Assembly (NCBI GenBank): GCA_016783545.1
Contig: JADHWJ010000003.1
Span: 1,490 to 65,489 of the forward strand
From: Candidatus Aenigmatarchaeota archaeon
Lineage (GTDB): Archaea; Aenigmatarchaeota; Aenigmatarchaeia; QMZP01
Length of the DNA stretch: 64,000 bases
Reading direction: 5' to 3'
Made by a program: the position numbers and the translations under genes. Below are positions 11,051 to 20,719 of this stretch, piece by piece. The notes under the pieces are model-generated. The model saw only the letters and a list, made by a program, of their open reading frames with translations. It ran no database searches and was not told the DNA's origin. The first letter of the stretch is position 1. Each line of letters starts with the position of its first letter.

Positions 11051-11752
11051 TCATTTTCCGAATCTTCGTTCCCTTTCAGAAAAATCTTCAATGACTTTAT
11101 TAAAGTCTTCTTTTGTGAACTCAGGCCACATTGGATCAACAAATGCAAGCTCTGAATATGCAGACTGGAAAAGCAAAAAATTGGAAAGTCTTTTCTCCCC
11201 ACCGGTTCTTATGACAAGGTCTGGGTCAGCTGTTCCGTTTGTCTCAAGGTATGTCCTGAATGTTTTTTCATCTATAGTAGCTGGACTATCCTTTGAAATC
11301 CTTTTGCATGCATTAATTATCTCCTGTCTTCCGCCGTATGCCACTGCAAGATTAAGCCTGAAATTATCATGATGCTTTGTCTTTTCCATTAGCTTTTTCA
11401 TGCCTTCCTGCATATCCTCAGGAAGTTTTTTCATATTTCCTAAAAAATAGACCCTTATTTTGTCTTTGAAAACAAAACTATTCTCATCAGAAAGAATATT
11501 GTTTATCTCCTTCTTTGCTATTCTGATTAGGAAATCCAATTCTATTTTTGGCCTTTTTTCAAGGTTTTCAAGTGACAGTGTATAGAATGTTATGGTTTTT
11601 ATACCAAGTTCCTGTGACCATTTGATTACCTGCTTTAGTTTTTCAACTCCCCATTCGTGTCCCTTCCATGGTCTTTTCAAAAGCCTTTTTGCAAATCTTC
11701 GATTTCCGTCCGGAACGATCGCAATTGATTTAGGTATATTCATAATAATCAT
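11051..11752 (-). CDS. uppS: Cis-prenyltransferase (undecaprenyl diphosphate synthase family)
   Basis: IAIVPDGNRR, YGGRQEI, DLVIRTGGEKRLSNFLLFQSAYSEL. Confidence 0.95.
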   Translation of the reverse strand: MIIMNIPKSIAIVPDGNRRFAKRLLKRPWKGHEWGVEKLKQVIKWSQELGIKTITFYTLSLENLEKRPKIELDFLIRIAKKEINNILSDENSFVFKDKIRVYFLGNMKKLPEDMQEGMKKLMEKTKHHDNFRLNLAVAYGGRQEIINACKRISKDSPATIDEKTFRTYLETNGTADPDLVIRTGGEKRLSNFLLFQSAYSELAFVDPMWPEFTKEDFNKVIEDFSERERRFGK

Positions 11753-11853
11753 TATTATGTGTTTGATTTTAAATATTTATTTTCATCAGATATAAGCTTT
11801 ATTATATAGTAAAATGCGCCCATATATTAGGAAATTCACTCAATAGTTTAAAT

Positions 11854-12681
11854 ATGTTTAGAAAATACGGATTTATCGGTATTTTGCTAATAATTTTTGT
11901 TGAAATAAACTTTATTCTAAAAATCCAGCCATTTGCAAATTGGTATTTCCCAATAGTCTGGTTTGGGTTTATTTTAACAATAGATGCCCTTGTATACAAG
12001 CTTAAAGGGAATTCTTTGATAAGTAATAGGTTTTATCAGTTCTTAGGTATAGTTATAATTTCAGCAATGTTCTGGTGGGTATTTGAGTTCATAAACATAC
12101 CACTCCAGAATTGGAGTTATATGGGTATGACGGGTCTTGGTATCTGGAAAAATCTGTTTGGATTCTTGTCGTTTTCAACTGTTCTTCCAGCTCTATTTGA
12201 AACCGTTGAGCTTATAAGATCTGTTCATCTTTTTGATAGGAAAAAACTGCATAAAAAACATAAAATAACAAAAAAGCTTTTGTATTCAATGATGGTTCTT
12301 GGAGTAATTTTCTTTATCGCACCAGTAGTTTTGCCTAAATTTGCATTTCCTCTTGTTTGGTTGAGTTTATTCCTTATATTAGATCCGATAAACTATCTGC
12401 ACAAACAACCAAGCATTGTTGGCCATCTGAAAGACAGAAAATTATCAATTCCTCTCTCATTATTACTCGCAGGTATTATTATTGGATTCCTCTGGGAATT
12501 CTGGAACTATTGGGCAATACCCAAGTGGACATATACCCTCCCATACGTTGGTTTTTTAAAAGTCTTTGAGATGCCAATTTTAGGCTATATAGGATACTTC
12601 CCATTTGCATGGGAACTATACGCAATGTACTGGTTTGTGAGGAGTCTATTCATCCAAAAAGAACCTTTGATGGCTGAATAG
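11854..12681 (+). CDS. Conserved multi-pass membrane protein
   Basis: Several TM helices; WEFWNYWA..KW.Y and FEMPILGY motifs. Confidence 0.8.
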   Translation: MFRKYGFIGILLIIFVEINFILKIQPFANWYFPIVWFGFILTIDALVYKLKGNSLISNRFYQFLGIVIISAMFWWVFEFINIPLQNWSYMGMTGLGIWKNLFGFLSFSTVLPALFETVELIRSVHLFDRKKLHKKHKITKKLLYSMMVLGVIFFIAPVVLPKFAFPLVWLSLFLILDPINYLHKQPSIVGHLKDRKLSIPLSLLLAGIIIGFLWEFWNYWAIPKWTYTLPYVGFLKVFEMPILGYIGYFPFAWELYAMYWFVRSLFIQKEPLMAE

Positions 12682-12715
12682 CATTTAAATAAATATCTAA
12701 TAAAAGAAGATAATT

Positions 12716-13567
12716 ATGAAATTTGAATTACATTGCCACTCAACGCATTCAAGAGGAAAGAAAATACCATTTGAAGGAACTGTTAATCCAAAGGCTATAA
12801 TAAAGCATGCAAAGAGTATAGGTCTCTCTGGTATAGCGCTTACAGATCATAATAATTCCAATGGGTGGAAAGAAGCAAAAGAAGAGGCAAAGAAACAAGA
12901 TATTCTATTTATACCTGGAATTGAGATTTCAAGCCTTGGTGGAACAGAATTCCACACAAAAGGACATATGATAGGCCTTGGTTTGAATGAGAATATAGAA
13001 AAGGGTCTTGGTGTGAAAGAAACAGTTGACAGAATACATGAACAGGGTGGAATAGCCATAGCTCCTCACCCATTTGATCTGAAAAATACTGGGTTAAAAG
13101 AAGAGATGAAAAAAACAGACGCTGTTGAGATATTCAATTCATTATCAATAGACAAGATCAGTAACTTCATAGCAGAAAGAAAGGCTGACAAATTTGGATT
13201 GAGCAAAGTCGCAAGTTCTGATGCACATACTCTGGATATGATTGGGAATTCTGTGATAAAATCAGGGGCAACAGACATGGATTCACTTTTGAAGGAAATA
13301 AAAAATGGCTATGTTGGTATTGAGAAAAGATACGCAACATTGAAGAATATTATAGACTGGTCATGGGAAAGGATCATAAAGAGTCAGGCACATATACTCG
13401 AATATGTTACTGATAATTATTGGACTCCTAAAAAAGAGATAACTGAGATGTTTCTGGATAAATTTGTAAATAATCCTGAACATGGGTTTTGGAAATTTGC
13501 TGCCAGTATTGGACTCGCCAACGCATATGTATATTCTGCATTCAAAAATATGAGATGGATGCTGTAA
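12716..13567 (+). CDS. PHP-family metal-dependent phosphoesterase
   Basis: ELHCHS, ALTDHN, GIEIS, APHP, SSDAH. Confidence 0.9.
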   Translation: MKFELHCHSTHSRGKKIPFEGTVNPKAIIKHAKSIGLSGIALTDHNNSNGWKEAKEEAKKQDILFIPGIEISSLGGTEFHTKGHMIGLGLNENIEKGLGVKETVDRIHEQGGIAIAPHPFDLKNTGLKEEMKKTDAVEIFNSLSIDKISNFIAERKADKFGLSKVASSDAHTLDMIGNSVIKSGATDMDSLLKEIKNGYVGIEKRYATLKNIIDWSWERIIKSQAHILEYVTDNYWTPKKEITEMFLDKFVNNPEHGFWKFAASIGLANAYVYSAFKNMRWML

Positions 13568-13602
13568 ACTAAATATTTAAGTCGGCAAAACAATACTATA
13601 TA

Positions 13603-13848
13603 TTGATGATAGACAAAAAATTACTTATTTTTTCCATAATAATCGGGGGTTTTCTTACTCAGATTATTAATTCACAGCTACCTGGAAATGTTCTTTTTGA
13701 TAGCAGTTCTAAGGCTGCGGCAGGTCTTATAGGAATAGGTGCCACAGAGGTATTGTCAATGGGTTTTGGGTTAGTTGTGCAATACTCTATAACCATTGGT
13801 GTTGTTTATATGTTCTTCAGAGGTATATGGAAAAAGTTTGAAAGATAA
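13603..13848 (+). CDS. Small membrane protein
   Basis: Two hydrophobic helices; fills gap between genes. Confidence 0.55.
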   Translation: MMIDKKLLIFSIIIGGFLTQIINSQLPGNVLFDSSSKAAAGLIGIGATEVLSMGFGLVVQYSITIGVVYMFFRGIWKKFER

Positions 13849-13875
13849 TTTAAAACTTCATATCTAATTAAAAAT

Positions 13876-14280
13876 ATGGAAAAAGTGCCAAGAGTGGGTA
13901 GTGCTGTTTTAGTTGAGAAAGATGGTAAATTTCTTCTTGGAGAAAGGAACAAGAAAAATGCTAAAGGTTTTTGGGTGATTCCTGGCGGCAAGGTCGAATG
14001 GGGTGAAACAATTGAACAGGCTGCTATCAGGGAGATAAAAGAGGAAACAGGCCTTGATATTGAAATAATAAAGAAAATCGGCAGCAAGGAGATAATAAAC
14101 ACTCCAGCAGACTACCATAGAGTTGTTTTCTTTCACCTGGCAAGACCAAAAAACAGTGACCTGAAATATAATGACGATCTTTCTGATGCAGGGTTTTTTA
14201 CTATTGATGAAATCAAAAACATGAAAACTGTTAAGAGTGTTGAATGGGTGCTTAGAAAAGCAGGCTATTGGAAAGATTAG
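13876..14280 (+). CDS. NUDIX hydrolase
   Basis: Nudix box GGKVEWGETIEQAAIREIKEETG. Confidence 0.93.
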   Translation: MEKVPRVGSAVLVEKDGKFLLGERNKKNAKGFWVIPGGKVEWGETIEQAAIREIKEETGLDIEIIKKIGSKEIINTPADYHRVVFFHLARPKNSDLKYNDDLSDAGFFTIDEIKNMKTVKSVEWVLRKAGYWKD

Positions 14281-14324
14281 AACCTATCTGAAAGTATTTA
14301 AATCTGTAATACATTGTATTACAT

Positions 14325-14552
14325 ATGAAACTAAAAACCATTCAGGCAAGAATACCAGAAAAATTATATGAAGAATTAGAGCAAAGAGTAGAGCTAGGAA
14401 TGTATGCAAGCACATCAGAAGTTATGAGAGATGCTCTAAGGAAAATGTTTGTCGAACAGAGCAGAACATTCTTAAGAGATTTAGCAAAAGAGAAGGGAAT
14501 AAAAAAGGAAGAACTATTAGAAGAACTGTGGAAAATTAGGCGAGCTGAATGA
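14325..14552 (+). CDS. Ribbon-helix-helix antitoxin/regulator
   Basis: TIQARIP...GMYASTSEVMRDALR; overlaps PIN gene. Confidence 0.85.
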   Translation: MKLKTIQARIPEKLYEELEQRVELGMYASTSEVMRDALRKMFVEQSRTFLRDLAKEKGIKKEELLEELWKIRRAE

Positions 14553-14974
14553 AAAACCTAAGAGTTTTTATTGACAGTAATATAATACTAACAGGCACAT
14601 TCTTTTCTGGCCCAGAATCTATGGTACTGTCCTCTAATTTTAAGCTTCTGACATCAGATGTCTGTAAAGAAGAAGTTTTGGAAGTTGTTAAAAGAAAATT
14701 CAGAAAATTTGGCTTTGGAACAGAAAAGTTAGCCGTAGAAGAGTTATTGAAATCGTTTGCTGATATTGAGATATTAAAAGCCAATGATTATATGCATAAA
14801 CTGGATATAAGCAAGAAACTATTAAAAGGTAAAAATGATCAAAAGATTTTAGCAGCTGTTCTTCATTCAAAACCGGATTATTTTGTAACAGGGGACAGTG
14901 ACTTTAAAACAAATGAAATATCTAAATTAGCTAAAGTTGTCAGTTCAAGGGAACTTTTAGAAAATGTTTATTAA
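14549..14974 (+). CDS. PIN-domain toxin (VapC-like)
   Basis: VFIDSNI, DQKILAA, FVTGDSDF. Confidence 0.88.
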   Translation: MKNLRVFIDSNIILTGTFFSGPESMVLSSNFKLLTSDVCKEEVLEVVKRKFRKFGFGTEKLAVEELLKSFADIEILKANDYMHKLDISKKLLKGKNDQKILAAVLHSKPDYFVTGDSDFKTNEISKLAKVVSSRELLENVY

Positions 14975-15525
14975 CCTTCCAACCTATAATCCCAACCAGG
15001 CTTCCATTCTCTTTTTAGTCTCCAGTCCTCTTTGACAGCCTGCTCCCAAGTCTTTTTGTTAAGGACAACTTCCAAAGCCAGCTGAGGCGCTTTATGCGCC
15101 ACTATTGCAACCTTTTTTCCTGGATATTTTTCCAAAAGAAAGTTCAGGAAATGCCTTATTCTTCTTTCAACATCCCTATAGCTCTCTCCATTCGGAAATG
15201 GTTGCTCCAGATGATCAAGAACATTAGGCTCTACTTTAATTGAAGGTGCTCCGTTTAGGTCACCGTAATTAGCTTCTCTGAGCTTCTCATCCCTTACTAT
15301 AGGAATACTCCTGTCACCAAATACTATATTAGCAGAATCCACTGCTCTTCTCAAATCCGAGCAGAAAACAACATCAAATTCTTTTTCTCTGACTATGCTT
15401 TTTAGCTCTATTGATTGCTTTTTCCCAAGCTCTGAGAGCTCTCCTTGATTCCAGCCAGTGGAAATTTTGTTTTCATTGTCTGTACTAGTTCCATGTACAA
15501 AATATGTTATTTTCACTATTTTCAT
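14971..15525 (-). CDS. Histidine phosphatase family protein
   Basis: FVHG (RHG variant), SDLRRA, LREANYG, IVAH. Confidence 0.85.
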   Translation of the reverse strand: MKIVKITYFVHGTSTDNENKISTGWNQGELSELGKKQSIELKSIVREKEFDVVFCSDLRRAVDSANIVFGDRSIPIVRDEKLREANYGDLNGAPSIKVEPNVLDHLEQPFPNGESYRDVERRIRHFLNFLLEKYPGKKVAIVAHKAPQLALEVVLNKKTWEQAVKEDWRLKREWKPGWDYRLEG

Positions 15526-15554
15526 GTGCGATAGTTGTATTTTTAAAATATAAA

Positions 15555-15754
15555 TGCGGGAGGCCGGATTCGAACCGACGAAGGCATCTTACACCTACGG
15601 GCCGAAGCCCGATGACGTACTAAGCCACTAGGCCCTTAACCTAGCCCCTTTGACCAATCCCAAACCAATTTCAATCGGAAGCTGGCCGAACTTGTGAGGT
15701 CAGCTCCTTTTGGATGAAACCTTTTGTTGAAAAAGGTTTCTTGGGAACTCCCGC
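15555..15754 (-). tRNA. tRNA-Leu(AAG) with two non-canonical BHB introns (15739-15657 in D-loop; 15618-15586 in variable arm)
   Basis: Acceptor GCGGGAG/CTCCCGC-A; stem CTAGG-TTAAGGG-CCTAG; T-loop TTCGAAT; removing both BHB introns gives a normal type II tRNA. Confidence 0.9.
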
Positions 15755-15783
15755 TCTGTTAAGAATTGGATATATTATAAATA

Positions 15784-16488
15784 TTATTTCAGCTTAAAAT
15801 ATACTCTTCTTCTATCCTTTCCTTTGTTTTTTAGGTCAATTATCTCTATTTCACCTATTTCAGAGATATTTTTTAGATGTGTTCCACCACAGGCTTTCTT
15901 ATCAAAACCTTCTATCTCAACAATCCTCCATTCTTTTGCTTCTGGAGGCATCATATCCTTTAAGCTGAATAGATTAGGATCTTTCAGTGCATCTTCTTTT
16001 GAAAGGAAATACAGTTTTACAGGAAGCTCTTTTTTGATTATTTCATTGACCTTTTCTTCAAAACCTTTCATTTTTTCCCTATCAAAATTCTCTAAATTAA
16101 AATCAATTCTTGACTTATCTTCTGCCATCTGGTTGCCTGTTATTCTTGCCCCTGTCTCTTTATGTATTACTTCAGAAAGAACATGTGCTGCTGTATGATA
16201 TCTCATGAACAGGTATCTTCTATCCCAGTTTAGTTCGCATTCAACTTCATCTCCTTCTTTTAGACCTTCTTTATCTACCTCATGGGAGATATTTCCACTA
16301 AACTTTCCAGCAAAAACAACCTTGAATTCTTCACCATCTTTCTTTATTGTTCCTTCATCCCAGGGCTGTCCTCCACCATTCGGATAAAAAGCGGTTTGAT
16401 CTAAAACAATGAATTTTTTGTCTGCTTTTACTACTTTAGCTTTCCAATTTTTCAGATAACAATCCTTCAGATATAAAACTTCTAACAT
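15784..16488 (-). CDS. alaX: Alanyl-tRNA editing protein AlaX
   Basis: TAFYPNGGGQP, HTAAHVL, CGGTH. Confidence 0.93.
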   Translation of the reverse strand: MLEVLYLKDCYLKNWKAKVVKADKKFIVLDQTAFYPNGGGQPWDEGTIKKDGEEFKVVFAGKFSGNISHEVDKEGLKEGDEVECELNWDRRYLFMRYHTAAHVLSEVIHKETGARITGNQMAEDKSRIDFNLENFDREKMKGFEEKVNEIIKKELPVKLYFLSKEDALKDPNLFSLKDMMPPEAKEWRIVEIEGFDKKACGGTHLKNISEIGEIEIIDLKNKGKDRRRVYFKLK

Positions 16489-16518
16489 AATAAAAATTTG
16501 TATTTAATTAATTAAAGT

Positions 16519-17466
16519 TTATCTCCATTTCAACTGCTGCTCATATGTTGAGTGCGGCTTAAATTTTTTCTTTACATTCTCTATTCCAGCATTACCAACA
16601 GTTTCTATATCTTTATTATTTCCAATACCTAATCTTGCTTGCTTGCAATAATGAAAGTATCCAATATTTTCAGGGTTAAATCCCATTATTCTGGTAGCTA
16701 TTGTGTCTGTTGCAAGGAAGTCTGTTCCAGCCAGTGCGAGTTTCATCATCACAGGATCTCCGTGCCCTGGTCCTTCTCCTTCCATTGCTTTAAAAGCGTC
16801 TATGACAGATATGTCAGGAGATATCTTTTTGGCAATCTCAAATATGTTCTTGTTTATTGCCACTGTTCCCTGGTGTATGGCTGCTTTGTAGTTTTTGTAT
16901 TTGGCTGAAACTGGTAGCCTTTTTAGTGCAAAACCAACATATTTGCTTGCTGGAAAGTACTGATTTTTCAAGAGACTTCCAACAGCAAGGTTTTTCAGGG
17001 AAAGTGTAACAACTACCTCATTATGTGTCTTCATTGGGCAGACAGATATTCTACAGTCAGATTCAACAACAGTCTTTGAGATCCTAAGCTCCATCGGTTT
17101 TAGTTCTGAATCAAATCCAGAGACAGTTACATAATCATCCTTATTGAGGTCAAAGAAATCAATATTATATTCCTTTTTCAATGAAAGATATCCAAAGTTT
17201 TTGAATGCCTTGAAAGTATCATATGCACTTCCTTCTGCTATCAATAATTTCTGGTCTGTATGTTTTGATACAAAGTCCAGAACAGCCCTTACAGCATCAA
17301 CATGTGTTGATGCAAACTGATTGATATCAGAGACAAAATTAGGCTTTATAATTATCCGTTCTTTTCCTTTTATTTTTTCCTTTAGCTTTTCTTTTATTTC
17401 ATCAAGACAGTTTGTTGTGTTTTCATACCTGTCTTCTCCTTTCCAAATGGAGACTTTGGTTTTCAT
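16519..17466 (-). CDS. DUF362 family protein
   Basis: IIKPNFV, AEGS, MKTH...TLSLKN, MEGEGP..G. Confidence 0.85.
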   Translation of the reverse strand: MKTKVSIWKGEDRYENTTNCLDEIKEKLKEKIKGKERIIIKPNFVSDINQFASTHVDAVRAVLDFVSKHTDQKLLIAEGSAYDTFKAFKNFGYLSLKKEYNIDFFDLNKDDYVTVSGFDSELKPMELRISKTVVESDCRISVCPMKTHNEVVVTLSLKNLAVGSLLKNQYFPASKYVGFALKRLPVSAKYKNYKAAIHQGTVAINKNIFEIAKKISPDISVIDAFKAMEGEGPGHGDPVMMKLALAGTDFLATDTIATRIMGFNPENIGYFHYCKQARLGIGNNKDIETVGNAGIENVKKKFKPHSTYEQQLKWR

Positions 17467-17606
17467 AGTAAGGATTGGTTTCTGTTCTTAAAATTGCTTC
17501 CAAAACAAAAATGTCCGACACAGCCTTTAGAGCTCCCGCTTCTACCAAAGGCTGTGGAGCCAAACCCTATAAATGTCCGAAAATGCGGAAATTGGGCGGT
17601 GAGGAG

Positions 17607-17631
17607 AAGATTGTCATTTTAGAGGGAGAAA
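17607..17631 (+). repeat. Solo motif copy (TTGTCATTTTAGAGGGAGAAA)
   Basis: 21 bp (17611-17631) identical to 20361-20381; immediately upstream of a BRE/TATA-like element (AAAAGCTTTATAAA). Confidence 0.8.
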
Positions 17632-17677
17632 AAGCTTTATAAATATGTATAACTAAGTTATACTAAGAGGTATAATT

Positions 17678-17929
17678 ATGGTGGACTTTGAAAGAAAGGT
17701 AGGTCCAAAGGGACAGGTTGTCATACCCAAAGAAATTAGGAAAAGTTTAGGTATATATCCTAACATGAAGGTTTTCCTTTTTGTATCAGACCACACTGTT
17801 ATGATTAATAAGACGAAGAAAGGAATTGCAGATATATTTGAAGACTTGGTTGAGAAGGATGGTAAATACGTCAAAAAAATAAACACAGACAGATTTTATG
17901 AAAAAGAAATAAAGGAAAGATGGAAATGA
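17678..17929 (+). CDS. AbrB/MazE-type antitoxin
   Basis: KVGPKGQVVIPKEIRKSLGI. Confidence 0.9.
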   Translation: MVDFERKVGPKGQVVIPKEIRKSLGIYPNMKVFLFVSDHTVMINKTKKGIADIFEDLVEKDGKYVKKINTDRFYEKEIKERWK

Positions 17930-18348
17930 TATATATAGATTCCAACTTGTTCATTTATGCGAGAATTGATAAAGGAAAAATAGGCGAACAGACAAGGAAA
18001 ATAATATCCCTTCTCGAGTCTGGAAAAATAGAAGCCTGTACTTCTGTTCTTTCTCTTGATGAAGTTGTATGGATTGTTAGAGAGGAACTGAAAGACTATA
18101 AAGCTGGTATAGATTGTGGAAGAATGATTATGGAAATCCCAAATCTCATTGTTCTGGATATCACAAAAGCAGAGATTCTCAAAGCGTTTGATTTAATGGA
18201 AAATGGTCTGAAACCGAGAGATGCCTTGCATGCAGCAACGTGTCTTAAGCATGGAGTATTTACCATAGTGACCAATGATAGTGATTTTAAAAAACTGGAT
18301 TCATTAAATACTTTAAATTTCGTGGAATTTTTAAAAGAAAATAAATAA
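17920..18348 (+). CDS. vapC: VapC PIN toxin
   Basis: IYIDSNLF, DALHAATC, IVTNDSDF. Confidence 0.9.
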   Translation: MEMIYIDSNLFIYARIDKGKIGEQTRKIISLLESGKIEACTSVLSLDEVVWIVREELKDYKAGIDCGRMIMEIPNLIVLDITKAEILKAFDLMENGLKPRDALHAATCLKHGVFTIVTNDSDFKKLDSLNTLNFVEFLKENK

Positions 18349-18353
18349 ATATA

Positions 18354-19682
18354 TTATATCTTTTTCAAGCTTTTTAGAATAAAATAAATAATCAATCCAA
18401 TTACAATTATTCCTAATTCATACAGATAAATAATTGGTTCAAAGTTAAGCATTATTGTTATCACAGCAATTATACCCAATAGAGCTGGTATTGGGAACCA
18501 CCCTAAGTTTAATGGAGATTTGAAATGCGGTTTTGTTTTTCTGTCTTTGTATCTTAGAGCTATCAGCGTAATGTTTATCACAAAGAACACAACGAATATT
18601 CCCAGATCTGTTACTGAAGCAAGTATAGAGATATCACCCAAAATAAGGAAGAACAGTGATATTACCATTATTGCAAGTATTGCAACATATGGTGTTCTTC
18701 TTCCAGAATGCACTCTTGATAATAATGGTGGTAGACCACCCCCACTTGCCATTCCATACATTAATCTGGAGAATCCCATTAGTATTGCCAGCACAGTATT
18801 GAATGTTGCAAACAGTGCTATTATAGTCATTAGAAGCATTCCATTAGGCCCCCAAGCAGTTCCTACCACAGTCGACAGAGGCGCCTCTTTTAATTCACTC
18901 CACGGCACAACGCTTACTGCTGATAGTGCTACCAAAATATAAAGTATCGTTGATATCACCAATGCGTATATCAGAGCCCTTGGTATTACTTTTGCACCGT
19001 TCTTTGTCTCTTCGATAAGTTTTGGCATTTCATCAAAACCTATATATGCAAAGAATATCAGTGCTGCAGCAGCCATTATAGGTGAGAAGTCTGCAAAAGC
19101 AAATCCTCCGCCAGGTGTCTGCAGATAATCAACAGAACCAAGATGTGGAATACCAATTGCTATTATGATAAGAAGACCTATCATTTCAACAATAGTAAAA
19201 ATAACATTAAGCCTTGCTGATTCCTTTACACCCCAGAAGTTTATTATCGAAAGAATGATTATAAGACCAGCTGCAATAAATGGTATTGTTGAGAAATCCC
19301 ATACCATTAATGTTGCAAAATATTCACTAAAACCCATTGCAACAGCTGTTGCTGATACTGAACCAGCAAAGATAAGAACCCAGCCTATTATGAAACTGAA
19401 AGAGTTTCTGTTAAATGTTTTCTTTGTATAGACATATTCAGCTGACTCTTTTGGGAAACGACTGGAAAGTTCGCAATATGAAAGTCCTGTAAGGGCAGCT
19501 ATTATTGTTGCAACAACAAAGCTCAGCCAAAGAGAGTTTCCTGCTATGGCAGCACCCCTTCCAATAAGAACATAGATACCAGCACCAAGAATCAAACCAA
19601 CTCCATACATTGTTATTTCAAAAAGGCTTAGTGTTTTCTTCAGTTTTGGTTCCTTTGGATGTTTGTAATGACCATGAGTCAT
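18354..19682 (-). CDS. APC-family amino acid permease
   Basis: GVGLILGAGIY, FFAYIGFD, ~12 TM helices. Confidence 0.92.
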   Translation of the reverse strand: MTHGHYKHPKEPKLKKTLSLFEITMYGVGLILGAGIYVLIGRGAAIAGNSLWLSFVVATIIAALTGLSYCELSSRFPKESAEYVYTKKTFNRNSFSFIIGWVLIFAGSVSATAVAMGFSEYFATLMVWDFSTIPFIAAGLIIILSIINFWGVKESARLNVIFTIVEMIGLLIIIAIGIPHLGSVDYLQTPGGGFAFADFSPIMAAAALIFFAYIGFDEMPKLIEETKNGAKVIPRALIYALVISTILYILVALSAVSVVPWSELKEAPLSTVVGTAWGPNGMLLMTIIALFATFNTVLAILMGFSRLMYGMASGGGLPPLLSRVHSGRRTPYVAILAIMVISLFFLILGDISILASVTDLGIFVVFFVINITLIALRYKDRKTKPHFKSPLNLGWFPIPALLGIIAVITIMLNFEPIIYLYELGIIVIGLIIYFILKSLKKI

Positions 19683-19719
19683 AGTATTTTATTGTGTGAA
19701 GGAGGATATAAATATTTAT

Positions 19720-19739
19720 CCCTTTAAACTTACAAAATT
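19720..19739 (-). repeat. Solo motif copy (AATTTTGTAAGTTTAAAGGG)
   Basis: Variant motif directly upstream of the permease TATA-like box. Confidence 0.55.
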
Positions 19740-19770
19740 GGTTATAAACAATACAATACAAAAATAAACC

Positions 19771-19959
19771 ATGAGACCATTAAACAAGTCTTCTTCAAGG
19801 AAGAAGTTCGGAAGAAGGAAAAAGAAAGGTAAAGGAAAGGCTTACAAGGCAATCTGTGGTAAGTGTGGAAAAGACTTTCTCATAGGGTTTAAGCCAAAGG
19901 AAGATAAGCCAGTTCTTTGCGGTGGTTGTTATAGGCCTAAGAGGGCTAATCACCGATAA
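19771..19959 (+). CDS. CxxC-x17-CxxC small zinc-binding protein
   Basis: AICGKCGK...FKPKEDKPVLCGGCY. Confidence 0.85.
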   Translation: MRPLNKSSSRKKFGRRKKKGKGKAYKAICGKCGKDFLIGFKPKEDKPVLCGGCYRPKRANHR

Positions 19960-20323
19960 TATACTCTTTATAGAACTTCTCTACTATTCTCCTATTCACA
20001 TAAGGTTTATGATGCCTAAACCCGCCTCCCATTGAGGCAGGTATATGCAATAATTCATGTATGATTGTTCTTGTTTGATCATCGTATGATAATCTGTCAA
20101 AATGCTCTGAAATCACCTCTATAACATAATGTGCCTTTATTCCTAGTGCTTTTTGGAATATCCTAGAAAGCGCATGACAGCGCGCTAAAGTCCTTCTTGA
20201 TTTGGAGCCCTTACTACGCACAAAAGCCACTCTTGAGAGATCTATATGCTGTAGGCTTAATCGAATAGTCACGTGTAAAGCTCTTTTCTGAATATCTGGT
20301 GCTGGATGATAAGAAATTCCCAT
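19946..20323 (-). CDS. Putative metallopeptidase (HExxH)
   Basis: RSKGSKS..ARCH, IIHELLHIP..GGGFRHH. Confidence 0.8.
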   Translation of the reverse strand: MGISYHPAPDIQKRALHVTIRLSLQHIDLSRVAFVRSKGSKSRRTLARCHALSRIFQKALGIKAHYVIEVISEHFDRLSYDDQTRTIIHELLHIPASMGGGFRHHKPYVNRRIVEKFYKEYIIGD

Positions 20324-20719
20324 AATTAAGATTGTATTGCTAACTAAAAAATCACTAATTTTGTCATTTTAGAGGGAGAAATAAGCTTATAAGGGGGAAA
20401 TCTATATATTCTATATGTCACTACTATTTAGTGACTATAGTTGGGGAGAATTGGGAGGAGAAGTCCTGATTCTTCGTCTAAAACATAAGTCTAAATGGTG
20501 TAAAATCCATGTCGGCTATCACACGTATTAATCCATCTGTTTTGCTTCGGCATTACAGAACAAGAGAAAAACAAAAAAAATCGAACCCAAATATACGAAA
20601 TAAAGGGGTGTTTTATCGCCTCTTCCTATCGATTTTTGGGTTTGATCTTACTAGTTTTACGAATCATTTCACAGTTTTCCGAGTGTCTTTTCTAGATCTC
20701 CGAAGGGGGGTGATACTAA

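Noticed and set aside
15633-15639. Reading the tRNA as Leu(TAA)
   Set aside because: Shifting the loop by one base destroys the CTAGG/CCTAG stem
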